A stretch of DNA of 64,000 bases from an uncultured Alphaproteobacteria bacterium (GTDB taxonomy: Bacteria; Pseudomonadota; Alphaproteobacteria; RF32; CAG-239): NCBI GenBank assembly GCA_934254915.1, contig CAKQMH010000007.1, forward strand, positions 2,422 through 66,421. Reading direction: 5' to 3'. Under the pieces are notes generated by a model. That model was not told where the DNA came from. It was given only the letters and a program-made list of their open reading frames with translations, and made no database searches. Shown here piece after piece: positions 1 through 10,085 of the stretch. The stretch's first letter is position 1, and every line of letters starts with the position of its first letter. A program made the translations under genes and the position numbers.

Positions 1-164
1 CTTCAGAACATGGATTGAGCTGATGTCGCTGCGAATACCGCGGTTGATTGCCGCCAGCTCTTTTTCCATTTCCTGTACTTGGTTTTTCATAACCAAAGAA
101 CTAAAACAGATAAAACTTAACAATGTACCCCAGACAATGCTTTTAACAATTTTAGTATTATTCA
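1..164 (-). CDS. ftsL: Cell division protein FtsL (5' complete, 3' end truncated by window edge)
   Basis: Minus-strand ORF starting at ATG (complement of 162-164) reads MNNTKIVKSIVWGTLLSFICFSSLVMKNQVQEMEKELAAINRGIRSD: a small bitopic TM plus coiled-coil protein. It lies immediately downstream of rsmH in the mraZ-rsmH-ftsL dcw order. RBS GGAAAGGG upstream. Confidence 0.5.
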
Positions 165-194
165 TGTTTTCGAACCCTTTCCTAGACTTCGAGT

Positions 195-1118
195 TTACTT
201 TTTAACAGCATAGCGCAATTTGGCCGAACGCGAACGATTATTAACCGTAAGTTCTTCGGGTGAAGGCATAATCGCTTTGGAGCATTCGCTAAACACTTTG
301 CCGTTATCAATGGTTGATGTTTCCGGACGATAGCGGGAGACATGTACCGCTTTGCCGGTGTTTTCCTTAAAATAATTTTTGACGATTCGGTCTTCCAGTG
401 AATGAAAATCCACTACCACCAAACGTCCTCCCGTTTTAAGGCGGGAAGTTGCGCCTTTGAGGCCTTGCTGCAACTCGCCCAATTCATCATTAACCGCAAT
501 CCGCAAAGCTTGAAAAGTACGGGTCGCCGGATCAATGGCATTAGGCGTTTTGTGAATTATACCATATATTATATTGGCTAATTGCTTGGTTGTGCTTATC
601 GGTTGGATTTTGCGCGCTTCAATAATTTTGCGGGCAATCGCGCGTGATTTGCGTTCTTCACCGAACTGATAAATCAGGTTGGCCAAATCTTCTTCGTCAT
701 AAGAGTTGACAATATCGGCGGCGCTGATACCGTTTTGCGACATCCGCATATCCAAAGGTGCATCTTTAGCAAACGAAAATCCTCTTTCCGCCTGATCAAG
801 TTGCATGGATGATACACCGATGTCAAACACCGCGCCATCAATTTCTTCATTGACTAAAGTTGCAAAATCGCTGAATTGTCCGGCGCGAAAATCAAAACGT
901 GCGCCGTATTGCCGCCGCATTTTTTCTGCCCGAGGCTGAACCGACGGATCGCGGTCAAGAGCAATAACTTGGCAGTCAGCGGAGTTCAAAATTGCTTCGC
1001 TGTATCCGCCGTTGCCAAACGTCGCATCAACATAAATTTTGCCGTCGGTCGGTTGTAAGGTTTGCAATACTTCCAACAGCATAACGGGGAAATGTTTTTG
1101 ATAATTGGCCGACAGCAT
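195..1118 (-). CDS. rsmH: 16S rRNA (cytosine1402-N4)-methyltransferase RsmH
   Basis: 307-aa ORF with a SAM-MTase fold (DATFGNGGYS) directly following mraZ. This is the conserved dcw-cluster position. Confidence 0.9.
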   Translation of the reverse strand: MLSANYQKHFPVMLLEVLQTLQPTDGKIYVDATFGNGGYSEAILNSADCQVIALDRDPSVQPRAEKMRRQYGARFDFRAGQFSDFATLVNEEIDGAVFDIGVSSMQLDQAERGFSFAKDAPLDMRMSQNGISAADIVNSYDEEDLANLIYQFGEERKSRAIARKIIEARKIQPISTTKQLANIIYGIIHKTPNAIDPATRTFQALRIAVNDELGELQQGLKGATSRLKTGGRLVVVDFHSLEDRIVKNYFKENTGKAVHVSRYRPETSTIDNGKVFSECSKAIMPSPEELTVNNRSRSAKLRYAVKK

Positions 1119-1583
1119 TTATTTGTTCTCCTCCGGTTTAAGCGAGGGGCGGTTTTTTAATACTTCGGCACGAATACGAGCTTCCTCTTTAGCCCAATTC
1201 TGCGGATTCCAAATCTGAAACTTGCGTCCTTTGCCGACAAATATCGCGCTGTCGGTGATTTCGGCATGCTTAAGCAGTTTTTCTGACAACATAATGCGTC
1301 CGGTCGAGTCAAACGGATAACGCTTGGCGTCGCCGAAAATCAGGTTGGTTAAGTCATCTTGTTTTTGGGAGAAAAAGTCCAGCGAATCTTCCATGTCGCA
1401 AGCCAGTTTATCCAACAAATCTTCCAAACATCCTTCAATACACGGGGCGCTGAGGCTGCGGTAACAAACAATTTCGCTTTCGGTATCTTTGACAATTGCG
1501 CGGTAATCTGCCGGTAAGGAAACGCGGCCTTTGGCGTCAACCTTATTCAGAACGGTATCCATAAACAAAAATGTTTTGCGCAA
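1119..1583 (-). CDS. mraZ: Transcriptional regulator MraZ (true start possibly the internal Met at 1562)
   Basis: The DAKGRVSLP motif is duplicated, as is typical of MraZ. It is the first gene of the dcw operon and is immediately followed by rsmH. Confidence 0.85.
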   Translation of the reverse strand: MRKTFLFMDTVLNKVDAKGRVSLPADYRAIVKDTESEIVCYRSLSAPCIEGCLEDLLDKLACDMEDSLDFFSQKQDDLTNLIFGDAKRYPFDSTGRIMLSEKLLKHAEITDSAIFVGKGRKFQIWNPQNWAKEEARIRAEVLKNRPSLKPEENK

Positions 1584-1847
1584 TTGTGGAATCCTTCTTA
1601 ATTAGCTTTCGTTGTTTATGATATAGCATGGGATTTTATGGGAATCAATGGGAATTTTTAGCAATTTATTAACTGTTCTGATTTTGTTCTGTCTGATTTT
1701 ATCTCGATTCGCCCTGACCTGGCGGTGGGCTTGCCTTAGCCCAAATTAAAAAAATGGGGATAATTTTAAAAATTTTTTAATAACTTCAGGAATGCGGTTT
1801 TTGCTTGGTTTTGTGTTTGTTTTGTGCTCATTATCTGATTAAAGCTG

Positions 1848-1876
1848 TTGCAATCAATGTTTACATCTTATATTAT
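1848..1876 (+). promoter_or_regulatory. Sigma-70-type promoter for rnpB (-35 TTGCAA 1848-1853, 17-nt spacer, -10 TATTAT 1871-1876)
   Basis: Hexamers and spacing read directly. The position is correct relative to the 5' end of the RNase P RNA P1 helix. Confidence 0.5.
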
Positions 1877-1877
1877 C

Positions 1878-2280
1878 AAGCTGAATAAGGCCGCCGGATA
1901 GCTGCGCCGAAGTTTTGCCTTCGGTGAGGAAAGTCCGGGCATCCAGAGAACAAGACACCGGATAACGTCCGGCTGGAGTAATCCAAGGGAAAGTGCCACA
2001 GAGATATACCGCCGCTCTTTACGGGCGGTAAGGCTGAAAAGGCGAGGTAAGAGCTCACCGCAAGGCTGGTAACAGCTTTGGCAAGGTAAACCCTGTCTGA
2101 TGCAAGACCAAGTCAGGAGTGTTCAAGTATGCTTCGGCATAAACTGAATAACAAGGGATGTTCTCTTCCCTCTCCAGAGGTAGGTCGCGTTGAGCGGCGC
2201 AGTAATGTTCCGCCTAGATGAATAGCTATCGCTTTAGGCTTGCCTAAAGTACAGAACTCGGCTTATAGGCTGCCTTATTT
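1878..2280 (+). ncRNA. rnpB: RNase P RNA (bacterial type A)
   Basis: Universal P4 sequence GAGGAAAGTCCGGGC at about 1927. 3' region ACAGAACTCGGCTTATAGGC resembles E. coli ACAGAACCCGGCTTATCGG. P1 pairing joins AATAAGGC at the 5' end to GCCTTATT at 2272-2279. It is followed by a T8 run. Confidence 0.85.
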
Positions 2281-2307
2281 TTTTTGGTTTTTATGAAAGG
2301 GAATCCC

Positions 2308-3153
2308 ATGCAGCACACATTAACACAAACCGTCAAAGTTAAAGGTATCGGGCTCCATTCCGGCTGTGAAACATCATTGACGATAAAGCCGGCAGCGGTT
2401 AATTCCGGTATTGTTTTTAAGCGTGTGGATTTACCTGATCAGCCCGAAATTCCCGCCTTGTACAGCCGGGTGGTCGATACGCGCAACTGCACCTGCCTTG
2501 GCTTTGAGGGCGGCGTTATTTCTACGATTGAACACCTGATGTCGGCTTTGGCCGTTTGCGCGGTTGATAATGCATTAATTGAAATTGATAATCAGGAAAT
2601 GCCGATTATGGACGGTTCGGCTCAGCCTTTTTATCAGGCTTTGCGTCAGGCCGGAACAGTTGCGCAGGATGCTCCGCGCCAATACTTAAAAGTGTTGCGT
2701 CCGGTGGCTTTTGATGACGGCAAGGGCGGACGGGTCGAGCTTTTGCCGGCTGATGATTTTGCGGTGCATTTCACGGTCGAATATCCGTCTCCGGTGGTTG
2801 GACATCAGGAGTTTGATGCCGTAATTGATGAAAATGTATTTGCCTCCCAAATTGCGCCGTGCCGCACTTTTTGCGAAAAATATCAGGTTGACTACCTCAA
2901 ATCAATCGGCTTGATTAAAGGCGGCAGCTTGGAAAATGCCGTGGTTCTTGACGGTGATAAAATTCTCAATCCCGAAGGTTTCCGGCTTAATAACGAATGT
3001 GTAAACCACAAAGTTTTGGATGCAATCGGCGATATGTATACTTCCGGTTATCAGCTTAAAGGGTGGCTTATTGCTTCCAAAAGCGGACACTACCATAATA
3101 ATGAGTTGTTAAAAACCTTATTTGCCGATAAGGCAAATTATACCATTGCGTAA
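2308..3153 (+). CDS. lpxC: UDP-3-O-acyl-N-acetylglucosamine deacetylase LpxC (start taken at MQHTL, with an AAGGGA RBS; the longer ORF starts at 2284)
   Basis: N-terminus TVKVKGIGLHSG matches the LpxC start (E. coli TLKRIVQATGVGLHTG), and the conserved HKVLDAIGD motif is present. Confidence 0.9.
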   Translation: MQHTLTQTVKVKGIGLHSGCETSLTIKPAAVNSGIVFKRVDLPDQPEIPALYSRVVDTRNCTCLGFEGGVISTIEHLMSALAVCAVDNALIEIDNQEMPIMDGSAQPFYQALRQAGTVAQDAPRQYLKVLRPVAFDDGKGGRVELLPADDFAVHFTVEYPSPVVGHQEFDAVIDENVFASQIAPCRTFCEKYQVDYLKSIGLIKGGSLENAVVLDGDKILNPEGFRLNNECVNHKVLDAIGDMYTSGYQLKGWLIASKSGHYHNNELLKTLFADKANYTIA

Positions 3154-3164
3154 AGGAATAAAAA

Positions 3165-3898
3165 TGAAAAAAGTTGTTTTGCTTGTGTTAGGACTGAGCC
3201 TTGGCTTGCTTAGCGCGTGTTCGTCAACTCCTCAGGAGGAACATCGCACCGCGGAACAGTTATACAATACCGCCTACAAACAGCTTAACAAAACCCGCTA
3301 TGCTCAGGCTGCCGAAACTTTTGAAAAAATCGAGTTGGAGCATCCTTATTCCAAATGGGCTACTAAGGCTAAATTAATGGGGGCTTATGCTTATTACAAA
3401 GATCAGAAATATGATGACGCGATTATGAGCTTGGATAGGTTTATCAAATTTCATCCCGGCAACAAAGATGTCGCCTATGCTTATTATATGAAAGGTCTGT
3501 GCTATTATGAACAAATAAACGGTGTGGAAAAAGATCAGGAGTTCACCCGTCAGGCGCAAGATGCTTTTAATCAGGTCATCGCGCGTTTCCCCAACACCGA
3601 TTATGCCCAAGATGCACGGCTTAAGCTGGATTTGATTGCCGACCATTTAGCCGGACAGGAAATGGAAATCGGACGTTTTTATCTCAATCAGCATAACTAT
3701 TTGTCCGCACTAAATCGTTTTGCGGAAGTCGTAAATCACTATCAAACCACTTCACAGATTGAGGAGGCTTTATACCGTCAGGTCGAAATTTATAAAATTT
3801 TAGGCCTGCACAAAGAAAGTCAGGATGCTTTGAAAGTTCTCGGTTATAATTATCCGGACAGCAAATGGTATCAAGCCGCGCAAAAAATTTCGCAGTAG
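3165..3898 (+). CDS. bamD: Outer membrane protein assembly factor BamD (TPR lipoprotein)
   Basis: Lipoprotein signal MKKVVLLVLGLSLGLLSAC (lipobox LSAC) followed by TPR-like repeats. BamD/ComL is commonly found next to lpxC/recN in this kind of context. Start chosen at the Met with an AAGGAATAAAA RBS; the longer ORF begins at 3122. Confidence 0.75.
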
Positions 3899-3913
3899 AG
3901 GATATTTTTTCTA

Positions 3914-5578
3914 ATGTTGCAGTCTTTATCCATTCGTAATGTTGTTTTGATTGATAAACTAGATATCGATTTTAAGCCGCATTTAAGTGTTTTGACCGGT
4001 GAAACCGGTGCCGGTAAGTCAATCTTGCTTGATTCCTTAGGGCTTGTCTTGGGCAAACGGGCGGAAACGTCTTTAATCCGTCAGGGAGAGGATAAACTTA
4101 GCGTTACGGCGGTTTTTGACGCTGAGCCGGACAATAAACCCTTGAATGAAATCTTACGGGAAAATGAGCTTGATGTCGGCGATGAAATGATTATCAAACG
4201 GACGCTTAACCGTGACGGCAAAAGCAAAATCTTTTTTAACGACCAGACGATTAGTGCCAAACTGCTTAAGGATATCGGTCGTTGTTTGGTCGAGATACAC
4301 GGTCAGTTTGATAATCAGGGACTGCTTAATCCGGCCAGTCATCGCGGCGTTTTGGATGCTTATGGCAATTATGCCGAACTTTTGACCAAAGTCAAAGCCG
4401 CCTATCAGCAGTATAAAGCAGCTCAGCGTGCCAGAGAGCAGGCTGAAAATGACATTTGCCGCGCCAAAGAAGAAGAGGATAATCTGCGCCATTGGGTGCG
4501 GGAGCTGGAACAGCTTAAGCCGCATAAAGGCGAAGAAGAAGAGCTGTCGCAAAAACGCCAAGAGTTGATGCATGCCGAAAAAATTGTTGAAAGTCTGAAT
4601 TTTGCCTATGGAGCTTTGACTCAGGGGCGTGATGTCCAGTCTGCGTTGCGTCAGGCGCAAGCCGCTATTGATCGGGCAAATCAGTATGTCGACGGACGCT
4701 ATGCGGAAATTTATGATGCTTTGGATCGGGCGCTGATTGAAGCCGCTGATGCTCAGGAGCGTATTGAAACCGCTTCGCAAGACATAAATTTGGATAGCAG
4801 CGAACAGGAAAAGATTGATGAGCGGCTGTTTATGCTGAAAGATATTGCGCGTAAACACGGTGTGAGTGTTGATGATTTGGAAGACACTTTGGCTCAATTT
4901 AAGTCCAGATTGAATGCAATTGAGTTGGGCGAGGATGGGCTTAGCGCTTTGCGTCAGGCGGAACAGGCGGCAAGACAGGCTTATTTACAGGCTGCCAATG
5001 AGTTGCATCAGGCGCGGGTTACAGCTGCGGCCAAGTTAGATGCCGCCGTTATGCGAGAGTTGCCGCCGTTGAAAATGGAAAAGGCACGCTTTGTAACAAT
5101 GGTTGAAAAACAAGGCGAAGACAATTGGACGGAAAACGGATTTGATAATATCTCATTTACTGTCGCTACCAATCCGAACTCTCCGCAAGGGCCGCTGAAC
5201 AAAATCGCTTCCGGCGGTGAATTGTCGCGTTTTATGTTGGCACTTAAGGTAAATTTGGCGGCCAGCTCCGATGTCTGCTCAATGGTGTTTGATGAGGTCG
5301 ATGCCGGTATCGGCGGTGCTACGGCCAAAGCGGTGGGCGAACGTCTGGCACGTCTGGGCGACACGGTTCAGGTTTTGGTTGTGACTCACTCGCCGCAAGT
5401 GGCCGCCGGCGGCAGTACTCATTTCAAGGTCAGTAAACAAACCGTTGATAATGTTACAACTACCGAGGTTCACGAACTTTCACCTGATGAGCGCCGCGAG
5501 GAAATAGCCCGCATGTTGGCCGGTGAAAAAATTACCGATGAGGCGCGCGCTGCTGCCGAAGTTTTGTTGTCCGCCTGA
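3914..5578 (+). CDS. recN: DNA repair protein RecN
   Basis: 554 aa. N-terminal Walker A is GETGAGKS, with a long coiled-coil middle. The C-terminal SMC signature GGELSRFMLALK and Walker B MVFDEVDAGIGG are present. Confidence 0.9.
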   Translation: MLQSLSIRNVVLIDKLDIDFKPHLSVLTGETGAGKSILLDSLGLVLGKRAETSLIRQGEDKLSVTAVFDAEPDNKPLNEILRENELDVGDEMIIKRTLNRDGKSKIFFNDQTISAKLLKDIGRCLVEIHGQFDNQGLLNPASHRGVLDAYGNYAELLTKVKAAYQQYKAAQRAREQAENDICRAKEEEDNLRHWVRELEQLKPHKGEEEELSQKRQELMHAEKIVESLNFAYGALTQGRDVQSALRQAQAAIDRANQYVDGRYAEIYDALDRALIEAADAQERIETASQDINLDSSEQEKIDERLFMLKDIARKHGVSVDDLEDTLAQFKSRLNAIELGEDGLSALRQAEQAARQAYLQAANELHQARVTAAAKLDAAVMRELPPLKMEKARFVTMVEKQGEDNWTENGFDNISFTVATNPNSPQGPLNKIASGGELSRFMLALKVNLAASSDVCSMVFDEVDAGIGGATAKAVGERLARLGDTVQVLVVTHSPQVAAGGSTHFKVSKQTVDNVTTTEVHELSPDERREEIARMLAGEKITDEARAAAEVLLSA

Positions 5579-5672
5579 GTTTTTGTTGGTTTGGTATCTA
5601 CTGAAAGTTCTTGTCTAAAAAAATATTTGCGCTATTTTAGAACATAATTAAATTTTACTAAAAGGAAAAGTT

Positions 5673-7100
5673 ATGACTACACGTACTCGTTTTGCTCCCA
5701 GTCCCACGGGATATATGCATATCGGCAACTTACGCACGGCTTTGTATGAATATTTGATTGCCAAAGCCGCCAATGGTCAGTTTTTGCTGCGAATTGAAGA
5801 TACTGACCAAAAGCGTTATGTTGAGGGCGCAACCGACATTATTTATAATACCTTGAAAACCGTCGGTATGAATTGGGACGAAGGTCCTGATATCGGCGGA
5901 AATTATGGTCCGTATATCCAGTCTGAGCGCAAACCGTTATATGCCGAATACGCTCATAAGTTGGTCGAATTGGGCGGCGCGCATTATTGTTTCTGCTCCA
6001 AGAGCGAAGCTGATGAGGAGAAAAACGAGGAGCTTAATATCAAATTTAAAGATCCTTGCAAAATGTTGTCATTGGAGGAGGCTAAGGCGCGCGTAGCTGC
6101 CGGAGAACCGTATGTCATTCGTCAAACGATTAATAAAAAAGGAAAGTCCAAATATCATGACGAAGTTTATGGCGATATTGAGATTGACTATGACGAACTT
6201 GACGAAGGTGTACTGCTCAAATCTGATGGTTTCCCGACGTATAACTTTGCCAACGTGGTCGATGACCATTTGATGAACATTACCCATGTTGTCCGCGGCA
6301 ATGAATATATTTCTTCAACCCCGAAATATAACCTGATTTATGAAGATTTCGGTTGGGAGCATCCGCACTATGTTCACGTTCCGCCGGTTATGAAAGATGC
6401 CCAGCATAAACTTAGCAAACGTAACGGCGATGCCTCTTTTCAGGACTTGGTGGCTAAAGGCTACTTGCCGGAAGCGATTATTAATTATATTGCATTGTTA
6501 GGTTGGAATCCCGGCAATGATGAAGAAATTTTCAGTCTTGAGGATTTGAAAAAAATCTTTACCGTTGAACGTCTGAACCGTTCACCGGCGATTTTTGATA
6601 TCACCAAACTAACTTGGATGAATGGCGTGTATTTACGAGCCTTGCCGGCTGAAAAATTCCATGAATTGGCTTTGCCATATTATCATAATATGCCGTCATT
6701 TGTTGATACTAAAGCCCTGAGCGCAACTTTGCAGCCGCGTGTTGAAACTTTGGGCGATATTCCTGCTCAAACAGACTTTATTTGTGAGCTTCCGGATTAT
6801 GCTTTGGATTTGTACAGCAACAAAAAGATGAAAACCGATGCTGCTGTTGCCCGTCAAAATTTGCCGGCAATCCGTGAAACCTTATCTTTACAGTCGGAAT
6901 GGAACAATCAGGCTTTGTTTGAAACACTTAAAGCCTTAGCTGAAAAATTAGGTGTTAAAAACGGACAAATTCTCTATCCTGCCCGTATTGCTTTGAGCGG
7001 TAAGGAAACCACCCCCGGCGGTGCTACGGAAATAGCCGTAATTTTAGGCAAAAACGAAACATTACGCCGTATTGATGAGGCCATAAAAAAATTAGCTTAG
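5673..7100 (+). CDS. gltX: Glutamate--tRNA ligase
   Basis: Class I aaRS motifs HIGN (HIGH) and KLSKR (KMSKS), in a 475-aa protein with GltX-like architecture. Confidence 0.9.
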   Translation: MTTRTRFAPSPTGYMHIGNLRTALYEYLIAKAANGQFLLRIEDTDQKRYVEGATDIIYNTLKTVGMNWDEGPDIGGNYGPYIQSERKPLYAEYAHKLVELGGAHYCFCSKSEADEEKNEELNIKFKDPCKMLSLEEAKARVAAGEPYVIRQTINKKGKSKYHDEVYGDIEIDYDELDEGVLLKSDGFPTYNFANVVDDHLMNITHVVRGNEYISSTPKYNLIYEDFGWEHPHYVHVPPVMKDAQHKLSKRNGDASFQDLVAKGYLPEAIINYIALLGWNPGNDEEIFSLEDLKKIFTVERLNRSPAIFDITKLTWMNGVYLRALPAEKFHELALPYYHNMPSFVDTKALSATLQPRVETLGDIPAQTDFICELPDYALDLYSNKKMKTDAAVARQNLPAIRETLSLQSEWNNQALFETLKALAEKLGVKNGQILYPARIALSGKETTPGGATEIAVILGKNETLRRIDEAIKKLA

Positions 7101-7123
7101 AGCAGTTTGGATAAAACAACATA

Positions 7124-7152
7124 AAAACTCCGCTGTCTAAGCGGAGTTTTTT
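7124..7152 (+). terminator. Rho-independent terminator after gltX
   Basis: Stem AACTCCGC / GCGGAGTT with a TGTCTAA loop, followed by a T6 run. Confidence 0.7.
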
Positions 7153-7163
7153 GCATTAAGTAC

Positions 7164-7192
7164 TTGAAATATGTTGTTATGTAGTGTAATAT
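7164..7192 (+). promoter_or_regulatory. Putative sigma-70 promoter (-35 TTGAAA 7164-7169, 17-nt spacer, -10 TAATAT 7187-7192) for the 7220 gene
   Basis: Hexamers read directly. The promoter lies between the gltX terminator and the next start codon. Confidence 0.4.
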
Positions 7193-7219
7193 AATTTAGA
7201 CAAAAAATAAGAGAGTGTC

Positions 7220-8947
7220 ATGAATAACAACCTTGTTGACATTGAAAATCAGTCGGCTGACCATTTCGATTTGGGCGTGTCTTTCCCGATGGGCGAAGGC
7301 GACTATAACAAAACTCGTGAACAAATTAATGCTGAGCAGCACGAGAAGGATGCCGCATGCCTGGAAATTATCCGTGAGGCCGTTACTAATGATGAAACCG
7401 GTGAAGAATATACTTTTGAAAATATCACCGAAGAGGCGGTCAGGTGCGGTAAAATTGATCGTGATTATGCTCGGGTTTTGCGTTTTTATTACACCGACGG
7501 TATGGAAACTTATCGCGAGGCTTTCTTCTCAATTGCCGATATGTTGGGTATCAAAAAGAATATCAAAATCATTGATCCTGCAACCGGCAAAACTAAGGTT
7601 GATGATGCTCGTCTCGGCCAAATCACGCCTAACAACTGTGCGGTTTTGGAATATATTGACCGTCTGGAATACGAGAGCCAGACTTTTGGTCGCGGTCGGT
7701 TGCGTCATCGCGATTTTTCCGATGTTCCGGAATCATTGAATCCGGTTTTTCTGACTATGCCGGGACTGAAGAGTATAACCCGCACTCTTGCCAAATATGA
7801 AAAATATTTTAGCAAATATCAGAGTGATAAAAATAAAATTTCTGCTCGTTACAGTGTTGGTTCATCAGCTTATGAAGCCGCCGTCAAAAAACTGCATAAG
7901 CCTGCTGAATCTATAAGTGACATTGCCCGTTGCTCAATTAGTGTCAAACGGTTGCAAAATGTGCGTATGTGGGCTGACTTTTTTGCTGATTCGCCGGATA
8001 TCAAAATCGACAAGAGCAAAACCAAAGATAAATTTTGCGCCAATGATGTTCGCAATGCCGATAAGTTTACGGAAAACAATTTCCGTAACTATGTTTTCTT
8101 TGCCGAACTGCCCAGCGGACTGCGGATGGAAATTCAAATCAAAATTACCGCTCTTGATGAGATTGATAAACTGACGCACCCTCTTTATGAACAGTTGCGT
8201 GATCTGAAAAGAAAAGTCAAGCATATCAAAGAGGTTAAAGAAAAATTACAGACGGAAATGGAGATTCATAAACTTGAATACGCGATTAAAGGCATTTATC
8301 GCTTAGGTATTGAAAAACACAATCAGAACGAAGTTTTTGATAAAGTTTATCGCGTTGAAGAGCAAAATCGTATTTCCGGTCATAGCCAGACTAACGAATT
8401 CGGACTTGATATTGATGCCGTGCAAATTTTGGAACGCAACTTTTTAGCACGTCCCAAGCAGGCTTTTGTCCGCGAAAATCCGATTATCAATGTTCCGCGC
8501 AGCGTTAAGCGGGAATATATTGCTTATCGCCGTAATCCTGATAATCCGGATATTTCGCCGACCATGAAGACCTTGTACCAAATCTATGACAACTCGCCCT
8601 ATCTGCAAAAGTTGCTACGCGATTGTCCTGAGCATCTCCGCTGCACTATTCATCGTTATCTGCCGTATATTACTTCCCACTACCGTGGCTGGATTAACGG
8701 GCAGGAAGGAAAAGACGTGCTGAAAAGGGATGATTATTTTGCTGCTCGCTCTGAAGAGGAATATCATCGTTTGCAGGAAGTTGACCGCCGTCATATGAAC
8801 CTTGAACCGCTGACGGAGGATGAACCTTTACCGGATTATGATATTGCAAAATATGCAAAAAGAACAAAATCTTTGCCAAAAGTTAAGAAAAATGGATTAT
8901 CATTAACCCAAATGATACGTAAAAAACAAGGCAGTATGAGAAAATAG
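7220..8947 (+). CDS. Hypothetical cytoplasmic protein, 575 aa, with a putative Rel/Spo-like nucleotidyltransferase core
   Basis: No signal peptide. Three motifs appear in the order and approximate spacing of the RelA/SpoT synthetase domain: GLKSITRTLAKYEK (cf. GRxKxxYSIYRKMQRK), SDIARCSISV (cf. DxxGxRIIV) and MEIQIKIT (cf. EVQIRT). Confidence 0.55.
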   Translation: MNNNLVDIENQSADHFDLGVSFPMGEGDYNKTREQINAEQHEKDAACLEIIREAVTNDETGEEYTFENITEEAVRCGKIDRDYARVLRFYYTDGMETYREAFFSIADMLGIKKNIKIIDPATGKTKVDDARLGQITPNNCAVLEYIDRLEYESQTFGRGRLRHRDFSDVPESLNPVFLTMPGLKSITRTLAKYEKYFSKYQSDKNKISARYSVGSSAYEAAVKKLHKPAESISDIARCSISVKRLQNVRMWADFFADSPDIKIDKSKTKDKFCANDVRNADKFTENNFRNYVFFAELPSGLRMEIQIKITALDEIDKLTHPLYEQLRDLKRKVKHIKEVKEKLQTEMEIHKLEYAIKGIYRLGIEKHNQNEVFDKVYRVEEQNRISGHSQTNEFGLDIDAVQILERNFLARPKQAFVRENPIINVPRSVKREYIAYRRNPDNPDISPTMKTLYQIYDNSPYLQKLLRDCPEHLRCTIHRYLPYITSHYRGWINGQEGKDVLKRDDYFAARSEEEYHRLQEVDRRHMNLEPLTEDEPLPDYDIAKYAKRTKSLPKVKKNGLSLTQMIRKKQGSMRK

Positions 8948-10027
8948 ATGAAAAAAATCTGGCTCTTATCTTTTGCTATCGCGTTACCGGCATTGGCACA
9001 GGCGGCTGATGACAGCGGTGTTATCTCGCTTTTTGACGGTACTGCGGCTGAGGAAGTAAAACCTAAACCACAGGATGACGGTGAAAGTATTTTTTCTTTT
9101 CTGAACTTCAAAAATTGGAGTAAGGAAAAGCCCAAACTTTCGGTTTCCGAACAATCTAAGCTCTCATCGCTGGAGCAGACAACAATTTTGGCTGATAAAG
9201 GTGATGTCAACGCTCAGCTGGCATTGGGCTATATCTATCTTTATGGTGATAACGGGGTTGAACCTGATTATGACAAGTCATTTGAATATTATGCCAAAGC
9301 CGCCATGCAAAATGATTCGGTTGGGCTGAATAATCTCGGCAGTTTATATTACAGTGGTATCGGTATCAAGCGTAACACGGCTAAAGCTGCAGTGTTGTTT
9401 GAAAAAGCGGCTAAATTAGGCAATGCGGAAGCTGCCGTTAATTTAGGCTTTATCCTTATAACCGGCAACGGCGTGGAAAAAAATCCGTCTTTGGCAATGG
9501 AGTTCTTTCAACAAGCGGCCGACGCCAAAAATCCGACGGCACAGTTTATGGTCGGTTACGCGCGTTACAAGGGCGGTTTGCTCGATAAGGATTATCTTAA
9601 AGCCGCCACATTAATAAAATCGGCAGCTGCCGCAAATTTTGATGAAGCGCAATATACGTTAGCGCTTATGTATATTAATGGTTTGGGGATGCCGCAAAAC
9701 TATGGTAATGCCGTTAAATATTTAAAACTGGCTGTATCTCAAGGCAATGTCGAAGCCATGATGACATTAGGTGATATTTTGGCTCGCGGTGAAAAATATA
9801 CCAAAGACTTGTTTACTGCTCACGTGATGTTCAACCTGGCGGCCGTTCGCGGAGCGGAAGGGGCTGCTGCCAAACGTGATGTTATTGAGAGTAGAATGAA
9901 GATTGACGAAGTCTTAAGTGCGCAAGAGCAAGCTGAGCGCTTTAATCCCAAACCATCCGAACTGACATTGTACATTCGTCAAACGTTTGGCACTAATGTT
10001 CGCAGCTATATTGACAACGCCAATTAA
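8948..10027 (+). CDS. Secreted Sel1-repeat (TPR-like) protein
   Basis: Sec signal MKKIWLLSFAIALPALAQA. At least 6 Sel1-type repeats are visible (LALGYIYLYGDNGVEPDYDKSFEYYAKAA, LGSLYYSGIGIKRNTAKAAVLFEKAA, and others). Its ATG directly abuts the upstream TAG (TAGATG). Confidence 0.8.
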   Translation: MKKIWLLSFAIALPALAQAADDSGVISLFDGTAAEEVKPKPQDDGESIFSFLNFKNWSKEKPKLSVSEQSKLSSLEQTTILADKGDVNAQLALGYIYLYGDNGVEPDYDKSFEYYAKAAMQNDSVGLNNLGSLYYSGIGIKRNTAKAAVLFEKAAKLGNAEAAVNLGFILITGNGVEKNPSLAMEFFQQAADAKNPTAQFMVGYARYKGGLLDKDYLKAATLIKSAAAANFDEAQYTLALMYINGLGMPQNYGNAVKYLKLAVSQGNVEAMMTLGDILARGEKYTKDLFTAHVMFNLAAVRGAEGAAAKRDVIESRMKIDEVLSAQEQAERFNPKPSELTLYIRQTFGTNVRSYIDNAN

Positions 10028-10054
10028 ATAAATTTGTAATTTTCGAGTTACAAA

Positions 10055-10085
10055 AAATCCCTTTGATTTGCTGTCAAAGGGATTT
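10055..10085. terminator. Hairpin terminator shared by the convergent Sel1 gene and accC
   Basis: AAATCCCTTTGA / TCAAAGGGATTT 12-bp perfect stem. The T-run is on the minus-strand side. Confidence 0.6.

Noticed and set aside
23-205. 60-aa plus-strand ORF at the window start
   Set aside because: It lies antisense to a much better minus-strand FtsL reading frame that fits the mraZ-rsmH-ftsL order. It has no RBS and a hydrophobic low-complexity translation typical of antisense artefacts.
1876-2058. 60-aa minus-strand ORF
   Set aside because: It lies entirely inside the RNase P RNA gene.
4154-4897. 247-aa minus-strand ORF
   Set aside because: It is antisense to recN, which has an unambiguous protein signature, and has no independent support.
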